37,806 nt of DNA from Acidimicrobiales bacterium (GTDB taxonomy: Bacteria; Actinomycetota; Acidimicrobiia; Acidimicrobiales; VFJN01): the NCBI GenBank assembly GCA_036570385.1, contig DATCYI010000010.1, forward strand, positions 1-37,806. The letters are read 5' to 3'. Both the position numbers and the translations under genes were made by a program. How positions within the stretch are numbered: position 1 is the stretch's first letter; each line of letters starts with the position of its first letter. Under the pieces are notes generated by a model, which was not told where the DNA came from, ran no database searches, and saw nothing but the letters and a program-made list of their open reading frames with translations. Positions 9,141-16,670 of the stretch are shown piece after piece.

Positions 9141-9431
9141 TCTCGAACGAGCAACGGCCCCTTTGGCAGTCATGTCAACCGACGTACGACGACGTTGGGC
9201 TTCGCGCGCATCGCTGACGCCGAGCGCTTCCTCTCTGGCCAACAGGACACCCACTCGCATCGGCCACCGTGTACGACCTACGCCACGATGATGCTCCGCG
9301 CGGCTGTCCCGCCGGCCGAGGTGGCCCGCCGCCTCGGCCATTCCGTAGACGTGCTCATGCGCGTCTACGCCGGCGTCTTCGACGACGAGCGAGACCGGTC
9401 CAACGCCCTCATCGACAAGGCGCTCCGAGCA
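9141..9431 (+). pseudogene. Tyrosine recombinase (phage-type integrase) relic: C-terminal catalytic end only, frameshifted
   Basis: One frame reads ...ATVYDLRH (box II-like, 9269-9286). The overlapping frame reads TYATMMLRAAVPPAEVARRLGHSVDVLMRVYAGVFDD (LGH...Y catalytic-Tyr context). The tRNA ends only about 220 nt upstream, so the roughly 250 N-terminal residues are missing. Confidence 0.65.
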
Positions 9432-9483
9432 AGCGCGGGCCCAAGCACTCGCACGTTGAAGGCTCCCTTGCCGGTGGGCGGGC

Positions 9484-10314
9484 TCATGTCGCCACCCCGA
9501 ACACCGCTTCGAGCAGCGGCTGTCCATCAGAAGGAGCGGTGACCTCGAGTGCCACACCGCGGGAGCTGATCGCCAAGCTGAACGAGAAGAAGGCGCAGCA
9601 CTTCTGCTCCGCCTCGGCGAGCCGAGCCATCTCGCTCAACGGCGCCGGCTGCCCGAACGCCAGCCGAAGCCCGCCCGGCACCGCTTCGCGCCGCTCGACC
9701 TCGCTGAGCAGCGCCTGCCACTCAGCGATCCGCTCCTGCATGTCGCCCCCGTTGAGCGAGCACGCGATCGGCCGCACCGCCTCGTCACGGGTGACCAACA
9801 TCACGGCGTCCGATGCAGCGGCTCCACACGAGCAACCCGGTCCGCAGCGGGCGACGTCTTCGGTTTCAGTGGCCACGTGTGCTGGGCTGACACTTGTGCA
9901 CCCGCAGGTGTCGTCACAGCGACCCTCGACCGGTCGTCCGGCCAGGCTGGTGGCCGTCGCTCGAAGCTGGGCGGCCAAGACGACCTGCTCCTCGATGTGG
10001 CGCTCGACCTCGATGACCTTGGCGTTCACGAGCGACCGGAGGCGGTGCTTCACCGGTCCGCAGTCATCCGACTCCCAGGCCTCGACCAGCCCCGCGACCT
10101 CTTCGAGGCTGCAGCCGAGCTCTTTGGCCCGGGCAACAAGTCGAAGCCGCTCGAGGGCACGGTCGTCGTAGGCGCGGTAGCCGGCGGCGGTCCGCTCCGG
10201 TGGTGCCAACACGCCCGCGTTCTCGTAGTAGCGCAGGGCAGTGGGAGTGAAGCCTGTGAGTCGGCTCACCTCGGCGATGCGGTAGCGCCGTTCAGGCGCT
10301 TCGGTTGTGCTCAT
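9484..10314 (-). CDS. MerR-family transcriptional regulator with a long Cys-rich C-terminal extension
   Basis: Start taken at ATG 10314 ([36 protein letters not shown], a MerR HTH). The C-terminal part of about 150 aa contains CDDTCGC, CGPGCSC, IACS and QKCCAFFSF. It is divergent from ynfA. Confidence 0.85.
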   Translation of the reverse strand: MSTTEAPERRYRIAEVSRLTGFTPTALRYYENAGVLAPPERTAAGYRAYDDRALERLRLVARAKELGCSLEEVAGLVEAWESDDCGPVKHRLRSLVNAKVIEVERHIEEQVVLAAQLRATATSLAGRPVEGRCDDTCGCTSVSPAHVATETEDVARCGPGCSCGAAASDAVMLVTRDEAVRPIACSLNGGDMQERIAEWQALLSEVERREAVPGGLRLAFGQPAPLSEMARLAEAEQKCCAFFSFSLAISSRGVALEVTAPSDGQPLLEAVFGVAT

Positions 10315-10327
10315 GGACTCACCGTAA

Positions 10328-10349
10328 ACCTTCGACTTGGCTTGAAGGT
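10328..10349. promoter_or_regulatory. MerR-type dyad ACCTTC-N10-GAAGGT in the merR/ynfA divergent intergenic region
   Basis: accttcgacttggcttgaaggt. It has the same half-site flavour (ACCTTC/GAAGGT) as CueR/ZntR-type operators and lies between the two start codons (10314 and 10384). Confidence 0.5.
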
Positions 10350-10383
10350 CAAGGAGAGTTTCGCCGCGCGTAGCCTCGGCATC

Positions 10384-10716
10384 ATGACCACGTTCCGGTC
10401 GATCGCCTTGTTCGTGCTGGCCGCCCTCTTCGAGATCGGGGGTGCCTGGCTGGTCTGGCAGGGCATCCGGCAGCACCGGGGCATCGCCTGGGTCGGCGCC
10501 GGATTCGTCGCGCTGGGCGCCTACGGCCTCGTCGCCACGGGCCAGCCTTCCAGCGAGTTCGGTCGGGTGCTGGCCGCGTACGGAGGCATCTTCGTCGCGG
10601 GATCGCTCGTGTGGGGCGTAGTGGTCGACCGCTTCTCCCCTGACCGCTACGACTACATCGGCGCCGCCATCTGCCTCATAGGTGTAGCCGTGATCATGTA
10701 CGCCCCGCGGGGCTGA
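10384..10716 (+). CDS. ynfA: YnfA family (UPF0060) small 4-TM membrane protein
   Basis: 110 aa: [29 protein letters not shown]...[23 protein letters not shown] at 10384 within track ORF 9877..10716. Confidence 0.85.
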   Translation: MTTFRSIALFVLAALFEIGGAWLVWQGIRQHRGIAWVGAGFVALGAYGLVATGQPSSEFGRVLAAYGGIFVAGSLVWGVVVDRFSPDRYDYIGAAICLIGVAVIMYAPRG

Positions 10717-10771
10717 GCTCGCCGAACCTGGTCCTCCTTCGCGAGCGGCGACCGACGCGTCGACGGGTTGC

Positions 10772-11390
10772 TTGGGTCAGCCGTCGGGTGCCGTCCGAGC
10801 CAGATACGTCGAAGCGGCGCCGCTGTCAACCTCGAGCGCCTCGGGCTGCGTCACTATGCAGGAGGGGCTCCGCCAGGTGAACGACGACGACATCAGCCGA
10901 TTCCTGAGCAAGGACCACGAGCGCGTCGTTCGCGTCGTCGCGGTCGTGTGCGGTGACCGTCCGCAGAGCCCGGGAGCGTAAAGGTCACTGTCGACCCGGA
11001 TGGAAGAGCGCTCACGATCCAGATCGGCTCGGCGCCGGCGGCGCCCGCCACCGAGCATCTCACCATCGACGAAAGGGAGGCACAAGCAGCTGAGGCTGAG
11101 GTCCGCTCGTTCCTCGATGACCTGCGCCGCGGTGATCTCGAATCGGCCGAGGGCCGGCTGAGCTCCTACATGGGACTGACGGCTGCTGAGCTCCTGTCAG
11201 ACCATGTTCCGTCCAGGCTGATCTCCGAACCATCTCGGTGATCTTGAGATCCCAGTTGAGGTCGACTACGAGGCTCGCGAAATCAGAGTCACCTACCCAT
11301 CCGGCACGCGAGGGCAAATCCTGATTCTCTCCGCCGCTACCCCTGAGCCTCCGACAGCGACAGCATTCGTGCTCAACGTCAGAACTCCGA
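10772..11390 (+). pseudogene. Degraded coding remnant(s) read across three frames; the first piece weakly resembles a sigma-70/ECF N-terminus
   Basis: Successive plus-strand frames read ...NDDDISRFLSKDHERVVRVVAVVCGDR..*, then KVTVDPDGRALTIQIGS...AEVRSFLDDLRRGDLESAEGRL..*, then DLEIPVEVDYEAREIRVTYPSGTRGQILIL...*. The region is visibly less GC-rich than its flanks and has no intact ORF. Confidence 0.25.
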
Positions 11391-11454
11391 CCGAGTAGCC
11401 CACCGCGAGAACAGCTGCCACCAACGATCAAGAGCACGCTGGCACCCGTGGTGG

Positions 11455-11589
11455 TTACTTGCTTGCAGGAGAGCTGTCCGATGGATCGGTGGGCAGCTGT
11501 GAACAGCAGCAGGACGGATGCCCATCGCAGGGCCGGACGACAAGGCCACGCTCGACGACGCATCCACAGTCAGAGCACGCGATCCCCAT
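11455..11589 (-). CDS. Candidate Cys-rich micro-protein (44 aa; 47 aa from the upstream ATG at 11598), metallothionein-like
   Basis: Translated codon by codon: MGIACSDCGCVVERGLVVRPCDGHPSCCCSQLPTDPSDSSPASK (7 Cys, 1 His). The upstream in-frame ATG (11596-11598) overlaps the last arsC codons. Third-position GC is lower than in neighbours and there is no clear SD, so it is tentative. Confidence 0.3.
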   Translation of the reverse strand: MGIACSDCGCVVERGLVVRPCDGHPSCCCSQLPTDPSDSSPASK

Positions 11590-11590
11590 G

Positions 11591-12226
11591 TCAGTCATCG
11601 TCCGGTGTGGCGAGGATCTCGGCGAGAAGGTCCCGCGCCCTCCGGTCGATCTCGTCGACGATGGGGCGCACCTCTTCGACTGGCTTGCCAGCGGGGTCCG
11701 AGAGGTCCCAGTCGAGGTAGCGCTTGCCTGCGAAGACCGGGCACGCGTCGCCACAACCCATGGTGATGATCACGTCGGCGCTGCGAGCGGCCTCATCGGT
11801 GAGGGGCTTGGGGAACTCCTTGGAGACGTCGAGGCCGCGCTCGGTGAGGATCTCCACCACAGCGGGGTTGACCTCCTCCCCGGGCGCCGACCCGGCCGAC
11901 CGGACGGTGATGCGCCCGGCGCCGTAGTAGTCGAGCAGAACGCGAGCGGCGACGGAGCGCCCCGCGTTGTGCGTGCAGACGACGAGTATCTCGGGGGTGT
12001 CGGTCATGACGGCTCCTTGTGTGCGGGCGAGAGATCGGAGGCGTTCGTTGGCGAAGCGCTCGGCAAGCAGAGGCAGGTAGGTCGCCACCTTCGAGGTGGC
12101 GGCGATGGTGTCGTATGACTCGTGGAGCAGGCGTTCGATCGTCTCGGGAGCGAAGACACCCTCGAATCGAGCAGAGAGGTGCACCGATGTGTGGGTGAGG
12201 ACCTCGCGGTCCCGCTCGTAGGTCAT
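11591..12226 (-). CDS. arsC: Arsenate reductase (LMW-PTPase/thioredoxin-coupled type) with an N-terminal extension of about 70 aa
   Basis: The core reads ILVVCTHNAGRSVAA (CX5R P-loop)...ITMGCGDACP...DWDLSDP. In-frame upstream is MTYERDREVLTHTSVHLSARFEGVFAPETIERLLHESYDTIAATSKVATYLPLLAERFANERL. The ATG at 12226 overlaps the acr3 stop (ATGA). Confidence 0.85.
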   Translation of the reverse strand: MTYERDREVLTHTSVHLSARFEGVFAPETIERLLHESYDTIAATSKVATYLPLLAERFANERLRSLARTQGAVMTDTPEILVVCTHNAGRSVAARVLLDYYGAGRITVRSAGSAPGEEVNPAVVEILTERGLDVSKEFPKPLTDEAARSADVIITMGCGDACPVFAGKRYLDWDLSDPAGKPVEEVRPIVDEIDRRARDLLAEILATPDDD

Positions 12227-13308
12227 GGCAACTGATCGGCGTAGTAGCGACGTCGTGCCCAGAGGGCGACATAGACGAGTCCGACGAGGACAGGTACTTC
12301 GATTAGGGGGCCGACGACCCCGGCGAGCGCCTGACCGGAGGTGACACCGAAGACACCGATGGCGACGGCGATGGCGAGCTCGAAGTTGTTGCCGGCTGCG
12401 GTGAACGCGACGGTCGTGTTGCGGTCGTAGGGCATACCCATGCGAAGGCCCAGTGCGAACGAGGAGCCCCACATCAGAGCGAAGTAGAGCAGCAGCGGAA
12501 GCGCTATTCGAGCCACGTCGAAGGGCTCCGAGGTGATCGCCTCACCCTGAAGCGCGAAGAGCACGACGATCGTGAACAGCAATCCGTAGAGCGCGATCGG
12601 CCCGATCCGTGGCAGGAAGGTGTTCTCGTACCACTGCGCTCCCTTGCGGCCTTCACCGATGAGGCGAGTCAAGAAGCCCGCCAGGAGCGGTAGACCCAAG
12701 AAGATGAGCACGGACTTGGCGATCTCCCAGATCGATACGTTGAGTGACTCCTGGTCGAGCCCGAGCCAGCCGGGGAGCAGTTCCAGGTAGAAGTAGCCCA
12801 GCAGCGAGTAGGCGGCGATCTGGAACACCGAGTTGACCGCGACGAGGAATGCCGCCGCTTCTCGGTTGCCACACGCCAGGTCGTTCCAGATGAGCACCAT
12901 GGCGATGCATCGGGCCAAGCCCACGATGATCAAACCAGTGCGGTATTCCGGCAGGTCTGGAAGCAGCAGCCACGCCAGGGTGAACATCAGCGCTGGACCG
13001 ACGAGCCAGTTGAGGACGAGCGACATTCCGAGCATGCGCCGATCGGCCGTGACCTCGCCGAGGTTGGTGTACCGGACCTTGGCAAGCACCGGGTACATCA
13101 TCAGCAGTAGGCCGACCGCGATGGGCAGCGAGACGGTGTCGATCTTGACGCGGTCGAGGGCGTCGTCGAGGCCCGGGAACAGCCGCCCGAGGCCGATGCC
13201 GAGGGCCATCGCGGCACCGATCCACAAGGGCAGGAACCGGTCCAGCGTGGACAGCTTCTCGAGGACCGGTGCCTCCTCGTCAACGACCGGCGGCGGGATC
13301 ACGGTCAT
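12223..13308 (-). CDS. acr3: ACR3-family arsenite efflux permease
   Basis: 361 aa from ATG 13308: ...LDRFLPLWIGAAMALGIGLG...MMYPVLAKVRY...GLARCIAMVLIWNDLACGN...AAGNNFELAIAVAI. The start overlaps the arsR stop (ATGA). Confidence 0.92.
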   Translation of the reverse strand: MTVIPPPVVDEEAPVLEKLSTLDRFLPLWIGAAMALGIGLGRLFPGLDDALDRVKIDTVSLPIAVGLLLMMYPVLAKVRYTNLGEVTADRRMLGMSLVLNWLVGPALMFTLAWLLLPDLPEYRTGLIIVGLARCIAMVLIWNDLACGNREAAAFLVAVNSVFQIAAYSLLGYFYLELLPGWLGLDQESLNVSIWEIAKSVLIFLGLPLLAGFLTRLIGEGRKGAQWYENTFLPRIGPIALYGLLFTIVVLFALQGEAITSEPFDVARIALPLLLYFALMWGSSFALGLRMGMPYDRNTTVAFTAAGNNFELAIAVAIGVFGVTSGQALAGVVGPLIEVPVLVGLVYVALWARRRYYADQLP

Positions 13309-13631
13309 TCGCAGGGCCTCCGGCGCTCGCCGGGCGTCGGGCAACATGCGGTGATGGCCCCGATCTGCGCGCTCAGCTCCTCGAGCGCTCCCCGTCGCAG
13401 CCGGTAGTAGGTCCACTGCCGGTGCTTCTCCGACTCCACCAGCCCGGCGGCCCGCAGCACCTTCAGGTGGTGCGAGACCAGGGGCTGAGCGATGCCCATC
13501 TCCTCCGCCAGGTGGCAGACGCACAGCTCCTCGCACGAGAGCAGCTCGATGATCCGCCAGCGGCGAGGCTCGGCCAGCGCCTTGAGCACCTCGGCCGGCG
13601 CTCTCACGCTCACATCAATTGCCATGCACAT
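13305..13631 (-). CDS. arsR: ArsR-family As(III)-type metalloregulator
   Basis: LAEPRRWRIIELLSCEELCVCHLAEEMGIAQPLVSHHLKVLRAAGLV, with the ELCVCxL alpha3 site, plus C-terminal Cys residues (ACCPTPGERRRPC). The start may be ATG 13625 (MAIDV). Confidence 0.9.
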   Translation of the reverse strand: MCMAIDVSVRAPAEVLKALAEPRRWRIIELLSCEELCVCHLAEEMGIAQPLVSHHLKVLRAAGLVESEKHRQWTYYRLRRGALEELSAQIGAITACCPTPGERRRPCE

Positions 13632-13784
13632 ACACTACTGTTGATCTACGAACACCAGGCGCTCAACTGAAATGTCGCTGATCACGTGACCGTCTCTGCA
13701 AAGACGCGCTCGGATGCTCACACAGCGCGGCTCATCGCCATGCGCTCGGTAAAGCGCCAGCGCCTTAGTGAACTCTCGCGGCTC

Positions 13785-13875
13785 GGCGTGTTCGCCAGCG
13801 TGCGAAACTCGATCTTCTCGGCAAAGGCCCTGGCCGCAGCCGGCCTCGCCCTGCTGCTCGCCAACATCTGGGCCC
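13785..13875 (+). pseudogene. 91-bp fragment of an ICMT-family methyltransferase gene (copy of part of 23614..24228)
   Basis: It reads GVFASVRNSIFSAKALAAAGLALLLANIWA, versus GVFASVRNPIFSAMALAAAGFALLLANLWA in the intact gene. I aligned 13785-13875 to the reverse complement of about 23773-23862 with roughly 9 mismatches in 90 nt. Confidence 0.55.
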
Positions 13876-13881
13876 GTCGGC

Positions 13882-14030
13882 ATGAGCCTCGCCTACATCC
13901 CCGCCCTGTTCGCGGCGATGTCCGGCGCCAAGCCCGCCGAGGTGGGGTTCGCCTCCGGCATCGTGAACACACGTACCAGATCGGGTCTGCGCTCGGCCTC
14001 GCTGCCATGACGGCGGTCGCGACGTCCAAC
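13882..14030 (+). pseudogene. MFS (DHA2-like) transporter C-terminal fragment with a 1-nt frameshift
   Basis: SLAYIPALFAAMSGAKPAEVGFASGIVNT, then a frame change, then YQIGSALGLAAMTAVATS. This resembles the GlvNtsrQiGgAlG segment of drug-efflux MFS proteins. No start or upstream half is present. Confidence 0.4.
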
Positions 14031-14036
14031 TGCGCC

Positions 14037-14117
14037 GACGGCGGCGTGGTCGCCGTGGACGTCGGTCAGGGCAGTGAACCGGCTGAGGTCGAGGAACAGC
14101 ACGGTGGCCGTGGTCAT
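14037..14117 (-). pseudogene. Truncated N-terminus of a class III adenylate/guanylate cyclase-domain gene
   Basis: MTTATVLFLDLSRFTALTDVHGDHAAV matches the tvlFtDivgsTal...G start of cyclase domains. The ATG overlaps the lspA stop (ATGA at 14114-14117). The reading then runs into the antisense of the MFS fragment. Confidence 0.4.
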
Positions 14118-14611
14118 GGCTTCGCCTGGGCCTTGGTGCCGTCGAAGTCGGTTGGACTGTCTTCGTCTTGAGGGTCGGGGGCCAGGAGGGTTGCGATCAG
14201 CCACCAGGCGAGGCCGGTCGTGATGAGGACGTCGGCGATGTTGAACGTCGGCCACCAGCCGGTGTGGAGCATGTCGACAACGCCAGCACCTTCGATCCGG
14301 TCGACCACGTTTGCGGCGCCGCCGGCGACGAACAGGATTGCGGGTCCCGTTGGCGCTTGCTTCGTGCGCCACAGGTGAACGACGCCGGTGAGAGCCGCAG
14401 CTGTGAGGACGACGAGGATGCTCGAGGGCAGGTCCGAGACCAGCCCGAACGCGATGCCAGTGTTGTAGGAGAGCTGTAGGTCGACAGGTCCCGGCAACGA
14501 TCGTGATCCCCCGGCGAGATGATTGACGGCCCACCACTTCGCGGTCAGGTCGAGGCTCACGAGCAAGATGACGGCAACCAGGAACGGCCCGGCTGGCCGG
14601 TGCCGGGTCAT
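14114..14611 (-). CDS. lspA: Lipoprotein signal peptidase (signal peptidase II)
   Basis: 165 aa with motifs YNTGIAFG, GGAANVVDR and FNIADV, and 4 TM segments. The start overlaps the stop of the upstream efflux gene. Confidence 0.9.
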   Translation of the reverse strand: MTRHRPAGPFLVAVILLVSLDLTAKWWAVNHLAGGSRSLPGPVDLQLSYNTGIAFGLVSDLPSSILVVLTAAALTGVVHLWRTKQAPTGPAILFVAGGAANVVDRIEGAGVVDMLHTGWWPTFNIADVLITTGLAWWLIATLLAPDPQDEDSPTDFDGTKAQAKP

Positions 14612-15399
14612 CGGCTGATCTTTAGGATGCGGCGGGCGCCGTTGGCGACGACGACGAAGATGATGCCGCCGGCGACGAGGTCGGGGATCGCTGAGTCCGT
14701 GATGGCGACGCCGATCGCGGCGGCGATGACGAGACCGTTCACCTTGATGTCGTTGGCGGTGAAGATCCAGCTCGCCTGCAGGTGGGCTTCACCACTTCGT
14801 ACCCGGTGGAGGACGACCAGCGAGACGATGTTGCCGGCGAGCGCCAGTGCCGAGAGGACGATCATCGAGATCGGGTCGGGCAGATCGGTCTCGACGATGA
14901 ATCGTCGGAGCACCTCGATCAGGCCGACGGTGGCGAGCCCGGCCTGGAGGTAGCCGCTGATACGGGCGAGCTGCTTCTTGCGGGCGGCGACGGTGCCGAC
15001 GGCGGCGAGGCTGAGAACGTAGACGCTGGCGTCGGCGCCCATGTCGAGGGCATCGGCCACCAGGCCCATCGACCGGCTGATAAGACCGACGGTCAGCTCT
15101 CCGACGAAGAACCCTGCGTTGATCACGAGCGCCACGATCAAGGCGTTGCGTTCGCGTCGACTGTCGGCAACCGGTCCGATCTCGGTGACGTCGTCGTCGA
15201 CGTGTTCGGCGCCGAGTCCGAGGGACTGCAGGGCGGCGTCGATGTCTGCGGTGGCGGTGGCGTGTTCGACCATGACCTGGCGGCCGTCGAGGTCGACGTC
15301 GACCCGATGGACGGCGTCGACGTCGGCCAGAGCCATGCGGACGAGCTGTTCTTCGGCCGAGCAGTCCATCCCGGCAATGTGGAATCGGCTGACGGTCAT
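14608..15399 (-). CDS. Cation-efflux (CDF-like) membrane protein with an N-terminal HMA domain and no C-terminal cytoplasmic domain
   Basis: From ATG 15399: MTVSRFHIAGMDCSAEEQLVRMAL... (HMA fold with a single Cys plus acidic residues instead of CxxC). This is followed by 6 TM segments with LVADALDMGADAS and FTANDIKVNG motifs. The protein ends right after the last TM. Confidence 0.8.
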   Translation of the reverse strand: MTVSRFHIAGMDCSAEEQLVRMALADVDAVHRVDVDLDGRQVMVEHATATADIDAALQSLGLGAEHVDDDVTEIGPVADSRRERNALIVALVINAGFFVGELTVGLISRSMGLVADALDMGADASVYVLSLAAVGTVAARKKQLARISGYLQAGLATVGLIEVLRRFIVETDLPDPISMIVLSALALAGNIVSLVVLHRVRSGEAHLQASWIFTANDIKVNGLVIAAAIGVAITDSAIPDLVAGGIIFVVVANGARRILKISR

Positions 15400-15406
15400 G
15401 GCAGCC

Positions 15407-15757
15407 TCACGATCCGCCTGGCCTGTAACTCGGGCACAGGTCGATCGAGTGGCCGGTTCTGGCGAGCAACCGCTCCGCCGCACGCAGCACGTCGACGACG
15501 TCGGGATGGGCGATGCAGTAGCGGACCTCTCGGCCGGTCCGCTGGTCGAGGACGAGGCCGCAGTCCTTCAAACAGCGCAGGTGACCGGAGATGTTGGACT
15601 GCGTCCCGCCCACAGACTCGACGATGTCGCCGACGCGCTGCTCACCGGCGGCGAGCAGCGTGAGGATCGCCAAACGCGTCCGGTCACCAAACCCGCAGAA
15701 CAGCCTCGCCGTGGTCTCGATGGCTGCGGAGGTCTCGACAGTTGATGCCGTTGCCAT
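15407..15757 (-). CDS. ArsR/SmtB-family regulator, CmtR-like (Cys pair in the recognition-helix region plus a C-terminal Cys)
   Basis: FGDRTRLAILTLLAAGEQRVGDIVESVGGTQSNISGHLRCLKDCGLV...IDLCPS. ATG at 15757 (the track start is GTG 15763). Confidence 0.85.
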   Translation of the reverse strand: MATASTVETSAAIETTARLFCGFGDRTRLAILTLLAAGEQRVGDIVESVGGTQSNISGHLRCLKDCGLVLDQRTGREVRYCIAHPDVVDVLRAAERLLARTGHSIDLCPSYRPGGS

Positions 15758-15770
15758 CCCCACACATTAC

Positions 15771-15787
15771 ATCGGTTCTCACCGATA
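15771..15787. promoter_or_regulatory. Dyad ATCGGT-N5-ACCGAT upstream of the CmtR-like gene
   Basis: atcggttctccaccgat, starting 14 nt upstream of ATG 15757. It shares ATCGG/CCGAT half-sites with the dyad at 19032-19047. Confidence 0.4.
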
Positions 15788-16127
15788 CGTTTACTCGGAC
15801 TGTCCCTGCGGGCGTGAGGCGGTGGTGACGAGCGCTACAGGTAGCCGAGCATCGGTCGTCCGAGTCCGGTCATGGCGGGTTGGGGCTGCACGCGCGAATG
15901 GAGCCCTTCGATACCCTCCTGACCGCCCATGTACGCCCCGAACCGCTCCTGCCACAACTGACGGGCGTCGCTGTCGTCGGTGTCGTCGAAGCAACTCATA
16001 TTTCATGGTCGCACCGGACCACGCTCGTCTGCCTCGCCTCCTCGTCTGCCTGTGTCGCTGCGCGGCGTTCCATTCCGTACCGCACAGTAGAAGCATGCGG
16101 GAGCAACGCATCGAGGCGGGAGTTGCG

Positions 16128-16610
16128 TCAGTCGTCAGCATCCCCGTCGTCGGGCTCGTCGTGTCCGCTGTCTTCACCCCGGTCCTCGTCGCGTTCCATC
16201 GCCTCGAGCGCCGCGATGAGCTGGCGCTGCTCTTCGTCGCTGAGGCGTGCGTCGGGGTGGAGCATGGTGTACCGGCTCGGCGGCATGAAGCCTTCGGCGA
16301 TCGTTTCGGCGGCGTCGTCGGCGTCGCTGTCGACGCCCCATTCGGAGAAGTTGAGCTCGTCGCGGCCTGACTCGACGTCGCGTCGCACGAGCCACGACAT
16401 CGGGGCCACGTAGCTGTAGACGGGCCAGTCGGTCTCGTTGCTGTGACAGGCGTAGCAGGACGTGCGCGCCAAGGCGGCTGTCTGCTGGTCGGGCCAGGGG
16501 GCGTCGGCGCGCACGGGCGGGTTGCTGTGCCGCCATCCGTATGGGACGGCCTGGACCGCGGCGAAGAGGACGATGGTGGTGATGAGTCCTTTGCGGAGCC
16601 AGCGTTTCAC
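16128..16610 (-). CDS. Heme-binding-domain protein (CxxCH), membrane-anchored, with an acidic C-terminal tail
   Basis: VKRWLRKGLITTIVLFAAVQAVPYG...TSCYACHSNETDWPVYSYVAPMSWLV...FMPP. The tail reads DEDRGEDSGHDEPDDGDADD. The likely start is GTG 16610, preceded by GGAG; the track start is GTG 16634. Confidence 0.7.
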   Translation of the reverse strand: MKRWLRKGLITTIVLFAAVQAVPYGWRHSNPPVRADAPWPDQQTAALARTSCYACHSNETDWPVYSYVAPMSWLVRRDVESGRDELNFSEWGVDSDADDAAETIAEGFMPPSRYTMLHPDARLSDEEQRQLIAALEAMERDEDRGEDSGHDEPDDGDADD

Positions 16611-16670
16611 GACTCCATCCTCGCGGGTTGGCACAATCTGTCGGTGACAACAACGCGCCCGGGAATCTCC

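Noticed and set aside
13614-13645. ATCAA-N22-TTGAT dyad spanning the arsR start codon, considered as a possible ArsR operator.
   Set aside because: The arms are only 5 bp with a long spacer, and one arm lies inside the coding sequence. It is not distinguishable from chance.
15836-16000. 54-aa minus-strand ORF (MSCFDDTDDSDARQLWQERFGAYMGGQEGIEGLHSRVQPQPAMTGLGRPMLGYL) between the heme-binding gene and the CmtR-like gene.
   Set aside because: It has a decent GC3 but no ribosome-binding site, no recognisable motif, and lies in a region with several junk frames. The evidence is insufficient.
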